DNA from: a virus
Virus record (IMG/VR): IMGVR_UViG_3300009130_000010
Location: 38,930-102,929 of that record
Strand: one strand, 5' to 3'
DNA: 64,000 nt
Below, piece after piece: positions 26,694 through 38,000 of this stretch. The position numbers were made by a program, and so were the translations under genes. The notes under the pieces were generated by a model. It worked only from the letters and a program-made list of their open reading frames with translations. It ran no database searches and was not told the origin of the DNA. Each line of letters starts with the position of its first letter. The first letter of the stretch is position 1.

Positions 26694-27836
26694 CTATAAT
26701 TCTTCTCTGTTTGTAGAGGCTTCCCAAGCCTTACTATGTAAACCACCCCCACACATTTTCCGACATTCGTAAGTACATAACTTGTGGCTCGGATCCTTCC
26801 ACGTTAAAGGTAAAATACTTTGAAAGTACTCATGATAAAATATTTCTTCTGCTGTATGTTTTTCTAAATTATTCCAACCCACACCATATTCTTTTTCTAA
26901 CTTATTATAGTGTGTCATATCTTCTTGTTTTGTTGCCGCGATATGATTACAGGGCCATAAATTCATTTCACTATCGATATACATCATACGTTGTTCTTTA
27001 AAATCACAAGTTATTTGTGATATGTCTGATGACTCGACAACTTCTCTATAAATTTTAGCACCTTCATCTGTAATGTTTAACTCTTTTGTTGTTTCAGATG
27101 ACCCGTTATTTGCGCCTTTTCTCGCTTTTCTAACATCTGTTTCTATTGTGATTGACTCAGGTGTGTTCATTGCTAACTGTTTAGCATTCTTCTTTTCAAG
27201 TTCAGCATAGTTATATTCAAAATTTCTAGTTGAAACGTGTTTGTCAAATTGCCAAAAACCCATATCTTTTGCTATTTGTTGAGCTTCTTCGACTTGATGT
27301 TTGTTATGTTCAAATACAATCATCTTCCATCTTGCTTTACCGCCAGCATCTATATAGGCTTTAGCATTAGCTATTGTTCGTTCGTGCTTAATACCTATAC
27401 GATATAACTTGTTTGTATCTTCTAAACCGTCTATACTAAATGTTATAACTTTCCGACTACCTTGCTTTTTTTCTGCTTCAGCAAAGGCTTTTCCTACTCT
27501 AGCCCAACTTTCGGGTGTTCTCATACTACCATTTGTTTCTACATCAATAATATAATTTCTTTTTGCTGTATTAATAATGATTTCTTCCCAATCCGGAGTC
27601 ATAGGAGGGTCACCATGACAACCACAAAATACCATACTAACTGGATGTTCTTTAGTAGCAATATGGTCCATATCACTTAAAAATTTATTCCATTGTGGTG
27701 CTAATATATTTTTTTGACGTAACGTAGGCCTTAAAACACTAGTTCCCATGAAATGTCGTGGGCATAATGGACAGGCAACGTTACAATATGTGGATGTTTC
27801 CACCTGAAAAATATCTATTTTCCTAAAATCAAACAT
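26694..27836 (-). CDS. Radical SAM protein with C-terminal SPASM/Twitch-like Cys cluster
   Basis: CNVACPLC (CxxxCxxC), GCHGDP, ETNGS, FSIDG, YR; C-terminal C...WPC...C..EC...C. Confidence 0.9.
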   Translation of the reverse strand: MFDFRKIDIFQVETSTYCNVACPLCPRHFMGTSVLRPTLRQKNILAPQWNKFLSDMDHIATKEHPVSMVFCGCHGDPPMTPDWEEIIINTAKRNYIIDVETNGSMRTPESWARVGKAFAEAEKKQGSRKVITFSIDGLEDTNKLYRIGIKHERTIANAKAYIDAGGKARWKMIVFEHNKHQVEEAQQIAKDMGFWQFDKHVSTRNFEYNYAELEKKNAKQLAMNTPESITIETDVRKARKGANNGSSETTKELNITDEGAKIYREVVESSDISQITCDFKEQRMMYIDSEMNLWPCNHIAATKQEDMTHYNKLEKEYGVGWNNLEKHTAEEIFYHEYFQSILPLTWKDPSHKLCTYECRKMCGGGLHSKAWEASTNREEL

Positions 27837-27863
27837 ATAATTATATACTCACTTAATGATTAC

Positions 27864-27877
27864 GATAAATATTTATA
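27864..27877. promoter_or_regulatory. Overlapping bidirectional late promoters (palindrome ATAAATATTTAT)
   Basis: + strand GATAAATA 27864-27871 before gp25; - strand TATAAATA 27870-27877 before the radical SAM gene. Confidence 0.6.
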
Positions 27878-28278
27878 TGAGTACTTACAGAGGATTTTCA
27901 ACTATTGGCAACGAATTTAAAACAGTTACTACAACTGATTTTGAATTAGCAAAACGTGACCTTATGAATAACTTTAATGTTAGAAAAGGTGAACGGGTGA
28001 TGAGACCAGAGTTTGGATGTGTTATTTGGGATATGTTATTTGAACAACTTACAGAGGCCGCTCATTCTACAATTATTGATAATGTTACAGCAATAGCATT
28101 ATCTGACCCAAGATTGGACGTAGTGAGTGTTTTACCAACAACATACGAGCACGGGATTCAAATATTAATATCATTAAGATATGTACCAACAGACCAAGTT
28201 GAAAGTATGCTGTATACATTTAACCAAGATGCGGCTATAGTTGTAGCCAACGAAGTAGACGAAGATAAAGTACAGTAA
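27877..28278 (+). CDS. gp25: Baseplate wedge subunit gp25-like
   Basis: YRGFST, DLMNNF..RKGERVMRPEFG..IWD.LFE, DPR; start moved to 27877. Confidence 0.88.
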   Translation: MSTYRGFSTIGNEFKTVTTTDFELAKRDLMNNFNVRKGERVMRPEFGCVIWDMLFEQLTEAAHSTIIDNVTAIALSDPRLDVVSVLPTTYEHGIQILISLRYVPTDQVESMLYTFNQDAAIVVANEVDEDKVQ

Positions 28279-28292
28279 TAGGACAAGGACAT

Positions 28293-31200
28293 ATGGCAAA
28301 TAGTACAAGGCAAACAAATTTATTCGTAAGTGAAGATTGGAAGAAAATTTATCAAACTTTTAAAAGTGCTGACTTCCAGAGTTACGATTTTGAAACATTA
28401 AGAACTACAATGATATCATACCTTAGGAAACAGTTTCCTGAGGACTTTAACGACTTTATTGAAAGTTCAGAATATATTGCTCTTATTGACCTAATTGCTT
28501 TCTTTGGCCAAAGTTTAGCATACAGACAAGATTTAAATGCTAGAGAAAACTTTTTAGAAACAGCACAAAGACGAGATTCTATTTTAAGATTAGCACATTT
28601 ATTATCATATCAACCAAAACGAAATATAACTTCCGCTGGATTATTAAAAGTTGTTAGTATTAATACAACAGAAGAAGTGTATGATTCAAATTTAAACAAT
28701 TTAAGTGAGCGTACAATATTTTGGAATGACCCTGTTAATTCTGATTACGAAGAACAGTATAATACAATACTTAATGCGGCACTGGCGTCAGCACAACGTA
28801 TTGGCAAACCAGCATTAGAAAAAACAATTGGTAGTATTAAAACACAACAATACGAACTTTCTCTTATACCAGGCACACAACCTTACTTGCCATTTTCAGC
28901 TACTGTAAATTCAGGTGATATGACTTTTGAATTATGTAACGGAACATTTTCCGGTACAGAATTTATTTACGAAAAAGCACCAATACCTGGATCAACATAT
29001 AACTTACTTTATAGAAGTGACGGTAGAGGTAACGACTCAGCTAACACAGGATTCTTTGCTTATTTTAAACAAGGAACATTAGGCCAATCCGATATTCAAC
29101 TTACTAGTGGATTACCTAATATTACATATGATATTAATGTTGGTAATATTAATAATACTGATGTTTGGTTATTTGAAGTTGATGAAAACGGAAATTTAGG
29201 TTCTCAATGGACGCAAGTTCCGGCGATTGCTGGATCGAATGTTATCTATAATAGTTTAAGCCAATTAAACAGAAAATTATATGCTGTTGAATCAAGAGTA
29301 GGTGATCAAATTAAATTAGTTTTTGGTGATGGCGTATTCGCAGATATTCCAAAAGGAAGATTTAGATGTTATCACAGGTCAAGTAACGGCTCTTCTTATT
29401 CTATAAAAAGTAGCGACATTCAAGATATTTCATTAAGTTTTAACTATGTTAGTAGAACTAATCAGCAAGAAACAATGACTCTAACATTCAGTTTACAACA
29501 AGGTGTTAATACAGCATCTAGTACTGAATCAATGGGCAAAATTAAACAATTGGCCCCACAAGCCTATTATACACAAAACAGAATGATTAATGGTGAAGAC
29601 TACAACATTTATCCATTAACAAAATTTACAAATATTATTAAATCAAAAGCTGTTAATAGAGCATCAAGTGGTATTAGTAGATTCTTAGATGTTAAAGATA
29701 CTACTGGTAAGTTTTCTAGTACAAATATTTTTAGTGATGATGGTGTATTTTATAAAGAATATACAAATAAAAAAGATACATTTAGTTTCTCTAATGACAA
29801 CGAAATTATTAGTGTAATTAAAAATACAATAGAACCAAATATAGCTAGTAAAGAAATGTATCATTTTTATTTAGATAAGTTTGCTTCAAAAGAATTTACA
29901 ACTACAGCTAAATGGGTACAGGTTTCAAAAACATCAAATACAAGCACTGGTTATTTTGTTGACGAAGATGATAATGTGTTACAAATAAGTGATACATCAA
30001 ATCTTAATCAATACTTGGCACTTAACAGTATGATTAAGTTTATTCCTACAGCAGGTTATCACTTTATGAAAAATGGTACACAAATGTTAGGAACAGACAC
30101 AGGACATTTAGGAGCAACAAGCGAAACATGGTCAACGATTACTATTTTAGATAATAACGGTTTAGGTAAAGAAGGAAATGGAAAATCATCTGACGGTGTT
30201 GGTGCTGTAACACTTAATGAATTAATACCAACAGGTGCTATAGTTGAAAGAGTGTTTCCAAAATGGGTTAGTGATTTACCTACGACATTAGAAACAACAA
30301 TTAAAAATAATATTAAAGAATACAAAGACTTTGGTTTAAGATACGATTATTCAACTAGCACATGGTATATTATAACTTCTGACAACCTTTCCGTTGATGC
30401 TGAATATAATGATAATAACACAGGGTCAACATCTAATGCTAAATTAGATGCTAGTTGGTTAGTACAATTTACTACCAATGGCGAAACATACACTACAAGA
30501 AGTAGACAATTAGATTATTACTTCTCAAGTAGAGAAGAAACTAGATTTTATTTTGATAAAGCTGTTAAAATTTATGATAGTGTATCAGGAAAAACAATTA
30601 GAGATAGATGTACAGTATTAAAAATTAACAACAAGCCAAGCGACAATAGTCCTTTAGAAAGAGATTATGCTTTAGATATTGTTGACATGGTTACTGAAAC
30701 TGATGGCTATAAAGATAATACAAAAGTTAAAGTAACATTCGGTGATGCTGATAACGATAGTGTAACAGACAATCCAGAAATGTTTAATAGAATTATTGGC
30801 ACAGATGACCCTAACGGTACAGCGTCTAACAGAAAACTTGTATTCTTTAAAAAGTATTTAGATTATGATAACATTGAACGATACCAACCAATCGCAGATG
30901 ACGTTGTTAACCATGATTATAAAACAGAAGCAGAAGTAGAAGCTGTAAAAGATTTATACCAAAATCAACAAGTATTTTATACTACTAGTGATAAAAAGTT
31001 TTGTAAAATATTTTTAGATAACAATGTTTTATCAAAAACAATTGGTGTTCCAGCCGGAACAGAAATACCTGCTACTTATATTACTGGCAGGGCTCCAAAT
31101 GCATATAAAGTTTATATTGGTCGAAGTGATTTAAAATTCCAATACAAACATAATGCTCCGAATAACAGACGTATTGATCCTAGCCCAAGTAACTTAATCG

Positions 31201-31811
31201 ATATGTATATATTAACACAATCGTATGCTGACTCATATAAATCTTGGTTATTAGATGCTACAGATAGTTACATTAAACCTAATGAACCAACGTCAGAAAC
31301 TTTGAGAAGTTCTTATAGTACAATTGAAACATCAAAAAGTATTTCAGATACTATAATATATCATTCAGCTAAATTTAAACCATTGTTTGGAGCTAAAGCT
31401 GAGAAAAATTTACAAGCAACTTTTAAAGTTGTAAAAAATACAGCCTTAGGCGTAAGTGATAGTGAAATAAAATCAAATGTGATTAATGCTATTAACAATT
31501 ATTTTGTAACAAGCAACTGGGACTTTGGCGATACTTTTTACTTCTCAGAATTAAGTGCTTATCTTCATGGTGTATTAGCACCAGAATTAAATTCAGTTGT
31601 TATTGTTCCTAAAAGTACATCACAAGTATTTGGTAGTTTATTCCAGATCCGTAGTAACTATGACGAAATATTAGTTAGTGGTGCTACAGTTGACGATGTA
31701 GAAATAATCGACAGTATAACAGCAAGTAAGATCCAAGCAGGTGGTTCTATAGCAACATCAGATACAATAACAGACACTACCTCTTCAGCGGTATCGAGCG
31801 GGGGATATTAA
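28293..31811 (+). CDS. gp6: Baseplate wedge subunit gp6-like (extended)
   Basis: SYDFETLR, FNDFIESSE, ENFLETAQRRDS, FGDGVF..IP, QNRMINGEDY, WDFGDTFYFSEL. Confidence 0.88.
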   Translation: MANSTRQTNLFVSEDWKKIYQTFKSADFQSYDFETLRTTMISYLRKQFPEDFNDFIESSEYIALIDLIAFFGQSLAYRQDLNARENFLETAQRRDSILRLAHLLSYQPKRNITSAGLLKVVSINTTEEVYDSNLNNLSERTIFWNDPVNSDYEEQYNTILNAALASAQRIGKPALEKTIGSIKTQQYELSLIPGTQPYLPFSATVNSGDMTFELCNGTFSGTEFIYEKAPIPGSTYNLLYRSDGRGNDSANTGFFAYFKQGTLGQSDIQLTSGLPNITYDINVGNINNTDVWLFEVDENGNLGSQWTQVPAIAGSNVIYNSLSQLNRKLYAVESRVGDQIKLVFGDGVFADIPKGRFRCYHRSSNGSSYSIKSSDIQDISLSFNYVSRTNQQETMTLTFSLQQGVNTASSTESMGKIKQLAPQAYYTQNRMINGEDYNIYPLTKFTNIIKSKAVNRASSGISRFLDVKDTTGKFSSTNIFSDDGVFYKEYTNKKDTFSFSNDNEIISVIKNTIEPNIASKEMYHFYLDKFASKEFTTTAKWVQVSKTSNTSTGYFVDEDDNVLQISDTSNLNQYLALNSMIKFIPTAGYHFMKNGTQMLGTDTGHLGATSETWSTITILDNNGLGKEGNGKSSDGVGAVTLNELIPTGAIVERVFPKWVSDLPTTLETTIKNNIKEYKDFGLRYDYSTSTWYIITSDNLSVDAEYNDNNTGSTSNAKLDASWLVQFTTNGETYTTRSRQLDYYFSSREETRFYFDKAVKIYDSVSGKTIRDRCTVLKINNKPSDNSPLERDYALDIVDMVTETDGYKDNTKVKVTFGDADNDSVTDNPEMFNRIIGTDDPNGTASNRKLVFFKKYLDYDNIERYQPIADDVVNHDYKTEAEVEAVKDLYQNQQVFYTTSDKKFCKIFLDNNVLSKTIGVPAGTEIPATYITGRAPNAYKVYIGRSDLKFQYKHNAPNNRRIDPSPSNLIDMYILTQSYADSYKSWLLDATDSYIKPNEPTSETLRSSYSTIETSKSISDTIIYHSAKFKPLFGAKAEKNLQATFKVVKNTALGVSDSEIKSNVINAINNYFVTSNWDFGDTFYFSELSAYLHGVLAPELNSVVIVPKSTSQVFGSLFQIRSNYDEILVSGATVDDVEIIDSITASKIQAGGSIATSDTITDTTSSAVSSGGY

Positions 31812-31812
31812 A

Positions 31813-32076
31813 ATGAAAGATCAAATAATAATGTTATTGATAGGAATTCTAATCGCTTTAGGTGGTTGGAACCTAACACAAACATTTAGTCTATCAACTA
31901 CTCAAGCAGTAATTGACGACAAGGTTGATAAGTTAGAAAGACTTACTGAGAAGTTATTAGACCAGATGGACGATATGAAAGACATGGATGAAGAAATTGT
32001 TGAACAGCATCAGGACTTATTTGAACAACTTAGAAATAATCCATCAAGTACACCAAGCCCAGGATACAATTACTAA
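31813..32076 (+). CDS. Small single-TM coiled-coil protein
   Basis: IIMLLIGILIALGGW TM helix followed by heptads; closely coupled to gp6 and the giant ORF. Confidence 0.65.
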   Translation: MKDQIIMLLIGILIALGGWNLTQTFSLSTTQAVIDDKVDKLERLTEKLLDQMDDMKDMDEEIVEQHQDLFEQLRNNPSSTPSPGYNY

Positions 32077-35000
32077 TGGCAAAAAGAAACACAAGTTCAT
32101 TTCTACCACAAGCATATCAAACAGAACGTAATAAAAAGTTCTTAAGTGCTACACTAGATCAGTTAATGTCTAGTTCAAATCTTACCCGTATGGACGGGTT
32201 TGTCGGGAGAAAATATGCACCGAGTTTCAAAGTTAAAGACAATTACTTAACAACTACTGGATTAAGAAGAAATTATCATTTAGAACCTGCTATTGTTACT
32301 AAAAAAGATTCTACTATTGATAGCATTGTGGATAGCAATGACGTTGGGTCTGTAGTAACGTACGACGACTTACTTAATAAGTTAAAAGACGAAGGCGTTG
32401 ATATAACAGACCATAGTAAGTTATTTGGACAAGAGTTTTATAATTGGGCAGGATTTATAAACTTTGATACTCTTGTAAACTACGGTAGTTACTATTGGTT
32501 AAAAGATGGCCCAAATAGTGTTTCCATTACAGGCGGCGATATTAAAATGTCAGGCGAATGGAACATTAAGTATAACGACGAACTTAATAGATACAACGTA
32601 ACAGAATTAGAAGGGATTAATCCAACTATATATCTAGCACGTGGTGGTGTATATACTTTTGAAACAGACCAGCTAGAAAATTTTTGGATTCAAACAGATC
32701 CAGGTAGTATTACAGGAACACAAGCAGAAACATCAACAAAAAGTTCTAGAGAAATTTATGGTGTTACAAATAACGGTGGCGCTCAAGGTGATCTAGAACC
32801 AGCTGGTGGTATAACATTTACAGTACCAGACGTTACAGCTCAATCATTTTATGAAAACAATCTTAATTTATTAGCAGATGTAAATCTGTTTAGTGAAGTC
32901 CCGTATAAAGATGTACAAGGACGTAGACTGGCTGACTTAATTGATCAGCACAATGGTATTGACAATCAAAGAATGCTTGTTGGTAAAACTGTTGTATTCA
33001 AACAAAACGAAGACCATAATGTAGATAACGACAACTGGACATTTAAAGCTGATTATAGTAAACATCCGTTTGATAGACTAGGCTTTGCTCAAGAAGATGG
33101 AATGGTTAAACAAGAAGAACGAGTAGGTGTTTGGAAAATAAACGAAGTTGATGGAATTTTAGTTCTTAATAAAATTAATACCGTAACATATGATGACCGA
33201 GCAAAAATTACAGAAGGTACTACTTACGGTGGTAGACAAATATACCGAGCTCAAGAAACAGAATTTGTTACTATTATTCCTGTTCTTACAGCACACCTAG
33301 ATACGTTATACTATCAACATGGTAGTGACAGAACTTCTTATGGTATAATTAAGTTGGTTGATGCTGAAGCTAAAGAAATTAAAACAACAGACTTTTTAGG
33401 AAAATCACAATATACAAGTCCAAATGGTATTGTGTTTACTAATGGTTTAAAGATTACATTTGATTCTACTATTGATATGCCGGCTTATGTTGGTAAAACT
33501 TATTACGTCCAAGGAGTTGGATCTAAAATTTATCTTGTCGACACAGAATTAACAACACCAGAACTAGGAACAGATACTAAAGATTATATTACATTAACAC
33601 GTGGTTCGGTTAATAAAAATGCTTGGAGTCGTAGTAATAGATGGTTTCATAAAGACATTATTACAGCAACAGCAAGTTATAATAAAACAACAGCAATATT
33701 TGACGAAAAAAATAGAGCTGTAAGACCAATTATCGAATTTGAAGCAGGGTTAGATTTATATAACTCTGGAAGCAAAGGCCACGATGGTGTTGATTTAGTA
33801 GACACAGTAGAAACAGATGCGTTATCAAACATAAACGGTGTATCTGGATACTTTGTTGATAGAGTAAGTCTATCAGCAGGTACTAAAGTTATATTCATAA
33901 AAGATAAAGATTCACAAACTAGAAAAACAATTTGGGAAGTTGGTTACGAAGATACCGACGGAGATTCAAGTGCGGAATCATTAGTATTAAAAGACTCAGG
34001 TATTATTGTTAATACTAATGACTCGGTTTACATCAATAAAGGAACAGCAGGCAAAGGAACAACATACCATTGGGATGGTACTAACTGGATTGCCTCTCAA
34101 ACAAAAACTAAAATAAACCAATACCCATTGTTTAACTTATTTGACTCTAAAGGTATCAGTTTTAATAATACAACTACATACCCATCAAGTGATTTTTTAG
34201 GTAACCAATTATTTAAATTTAGTGTTGGATCAGGTTCTAATGATACTGAATTAGGATTTCCATTAAAGTATAGAACGTTTAATAACGTTGGCGATATTTT
34301 ATTTGAAAATGTTTATACTGAAAAGAAATTTAACTATAAAAAATCTACTGGTATTACAAGTTTATCAACAGCAACAGGGTTGGTTAAAGTTACCGATCCA
34401 TATGATAGTGCTATTACTTACAATAATGGCTGGCAAAAAAGTTTACATAATAGTAGACAATACCAACAAGTTGAATATATTGTTTCAGATATAACTCTAA
34501 AAAACTTCGACATTGGTGTAAAAGTTAAAACATCAACTAACGCTGTACCTAATATATTTGTTTACATTAATAATAAACGTACATCTAACTTTACTACATC
34601 AGTTTTAGAAGGTGTGAACATTTGTACAATAAATGATACCATCGCAATAGATGATAGTATTATTATTAGACTTATTAGTGACGCAACTTCTAAACATGGA
34701 TATTATACTATTCCTAAAAATTTAGAAGATAATAGTTACAACGATAAGTTTTCTACAATTACTTTAGGACAATTACAAAATCACGTATCAGCATTAATAG
34801 ATACTAACAAATATTTTACAGGTAAATTACAAGGAAGTAATAACCTAAGGGATCTTGAAAATTCAAAATCAACTGAGGGATTAATTTTACAACATAGTTC
34901 ATCTATGATACTTCCAATGTTGTTAAATCAACCTGGTGATTTAAACTTCACACAAGCTCTAAGATTTTGTGGCCTTGAATATGAAAAATTTAAATCAAAG

Positions 35001-38000
35001 TTTTTAACAGCACTTGAAACATTAGATAACTTAGAATTAACTGATGCTCAAAAAACTGTTGATGCGATAATGGTGTATTTAAATTCAAATAAAAAAACAA
35101 CATTTCCATTTTATACATCAGACATGGTTCCATATGGTGCTGACGCTACAACTACAACATATACAATTACAGATAATAGAGATAAAACATATGAAATAAC
35201 ATCTGTACATGATAATTCTATTCCTAGTAACAGAGCTGTATTAGTATACCTAAATGATGTACAATTATATCATAACATTGATTATACATTTGAAACAACT
35301 AGTGCCAATATTAGAATTATTAAAACTTTAACTATTGGTGATGTTTTAAAATTCATTGATTATACAGATACATTAGGAAATTATGTTCCACCTACGCCAA
35401 CTAAACTTGGATTGTGGAAAAAATACAAACCTGAAATTGTAAATGACACAACTTATTCTGTAGATCAAAATATTATTGTTGGCCACGACGGCAGTAGAAC
35501 AATAGCATACGGAGATACTAGAGATAATATCTTACTTGAACTTGAAAAAAGAATTTATAATAACTGTAAAACAGCATATGATGAAGATGTTTTTAACCTT
35601 GACGAATATACACCAGGGCGTTTTAAAACAACTGATTTTGCTGTAAAAGAAGTTGATGCTGTACTAGAAGACGAATTCTTACGTTGGAGTACAAGGCATA
35701 GAATTCCATATACAGAAAATACAACGTTTAACGCCAATGATTCATTTACTTGGAACTATACAAACTTTGTAGATAAACTGGAAGGAACATTATTACCACA
35801 AGGTTACTGGAAGGGTTTATACAAACATTATTATGATACTGTTGCTCCACATATAAGAGCTTGGGAAATGTTTGGTTGGTCAATAAAACCAAGTTGGTGG
35901 GAAGACCGTTACGGTGTAGGACCATATACATCTGGTAACAAAGTATTATGGGATGACGTAAGAGACGGACGCAGATACACATCAGCTGACGTTGATGATT
36001 ATACTATAAATTTACTTTATGCTAGACCGTCAATTGAACTTATAATGCCAGTAGATGAACATGGTGTTTTAAAACCACCAATTGATTGTATTACTAAAAA
36101 CTCAGAAGACCTATCGCCAAGTCATGCTTGGAAATTTGGAGATGTTGCTCCACCTGAATATGCTTGGAGAAATTCTAGTAGTTTTGCTTTTAGTGTAAAC
36201 CATTTAATGGCACTAATTAAACCATCAGAATATTTTAGCCAGGTCTTTAACAAAAGTCAAATTGTTCGAAACAAATTAACTAAACAACTGGTAATGACTA
36301 CTACTAATCAAAGACAACAACCTAAAGATTTAAAAGTTGATTTACCTACAGCAAGATATGAAGGTTGTTGTAATTTTGTATCTGAATATTTGAGATGGCA
36401 AAATATCGATGTTACAAAACATTTACAAAACGTTTTATCAACATTAGATATTAGACTTGCCCATAAAATGGAAGGATACACAGATCATAATCTTATTAAA
36501 GTATTAGCTGAACAAGTTTCACCGACTAGTACAAGCAATTCAGTTTATGTTCCTGATGAAGATTATAATATTCATTTACATAAAACAGGACCTCTAAGAT
36601 CTATCCCGTACAGTGGTGTAATTGTTCAAGTTGGTACAAGTGGATATACAATATATGGTTACAATTTAAATAATCCAAAGTTTTCTATATGTAACCCTAT
36701 TATGAACGGAAACTATAAAGTTCATGATGTTGATGGAGAGACTATTTACGAATACGATGAATATGAGTCAGAAATAAAAGAAGTACCATACGGTCATACG
36801 TTTAGAACAAAACAAGAAGTTGCTGATTTCTTTTTCTCTTATCAAAAATATTTAACTAGAAATGGTTATGATTTTGATAATAGAATGGAAGACTTTGGTA
36901 CACAAAAAATTGTTGCTAACTGGTTAATGAGTGTTAAAGAATTTATACATTGGTCTAAACAGGGATGGTTAAGCGGTTCAGTTATCGCTATTAGTCCTAG
37001 TGCTAACAGAATTAGATGTGTTACACCGGCTGGTGTAGCCGAAGCTCTGTCAAACAGTCAAGCACAAACAAACGTATTAAATCAAAACTATGAACCTCTT
37101 CGTCCTAGTAGTTACAAAATAAGCAGACAAGATAACGAATTTGAATTATATCCTAATCCGGATATGGGTGGTATTTACTTTGTTAATACTAAACTTGTAG
37201 AATATGAACACGTTTTAGTGTTTAATAATGTAACAAAATTTAATGATGTTATATACCAACCAAGTTTAGGTAACAGACAATATCGACTAAGGCTTGTTGG
37301 TTATAAAACAGGAGGCTGGAACGGAAGTTTAACAGCTGAAGGATTTATTTATAATGATGGTAAAGTTCCAGTATGGGTAGCTAATACTGACTATGTTAGA
37401 GGCGATATTATAAAATTCAAAGATAATCTTTATACAGCAATGGTAAACCATACAAGCTCAGAAGAGTTTATATATGAAAATTGGTCACTAACAGATTCAT
37501 TTAAGATTGGACTATTACCTAACTTTGATACACTAGGTAAAAACTTTGAAAGTTTTTATGATGTTAATACTGTTAACTTAGAAAGTGAAACAGACAAATA
37601 TGGTAAGGGTTCTATCGGTTACCAAAATAGAGAATACTTTAATCAAATTGGACTTGATGATATTAGTCAAGTAAAATTTTATCAAGGTATGCTTCAAGAA
37701 AAAGGAACGCGAAGTGCTGTTGACAAACTTATTAGATCAAACTTTGATCAGTTTAGTAGTGACATTTCTTTTTATGAAGAGTGGGCTATACGACAAGCTG
37801 AGTACGGAGCATCAGATGTAAATTCAAGAATTGAAATACAACTAGATGAAGAAGGATTTAAAGATAACCCTCAAGAAATAAAAGTTGTTCCAACAACTCA
37901 AAGTAAATCAGATCTTAATAGTAAAACAGAATTTACACCTAGCCAATTATATAAAGCACCATCTGACTTAACATATGACTGGGTGCCATTAAGAAAAAGT

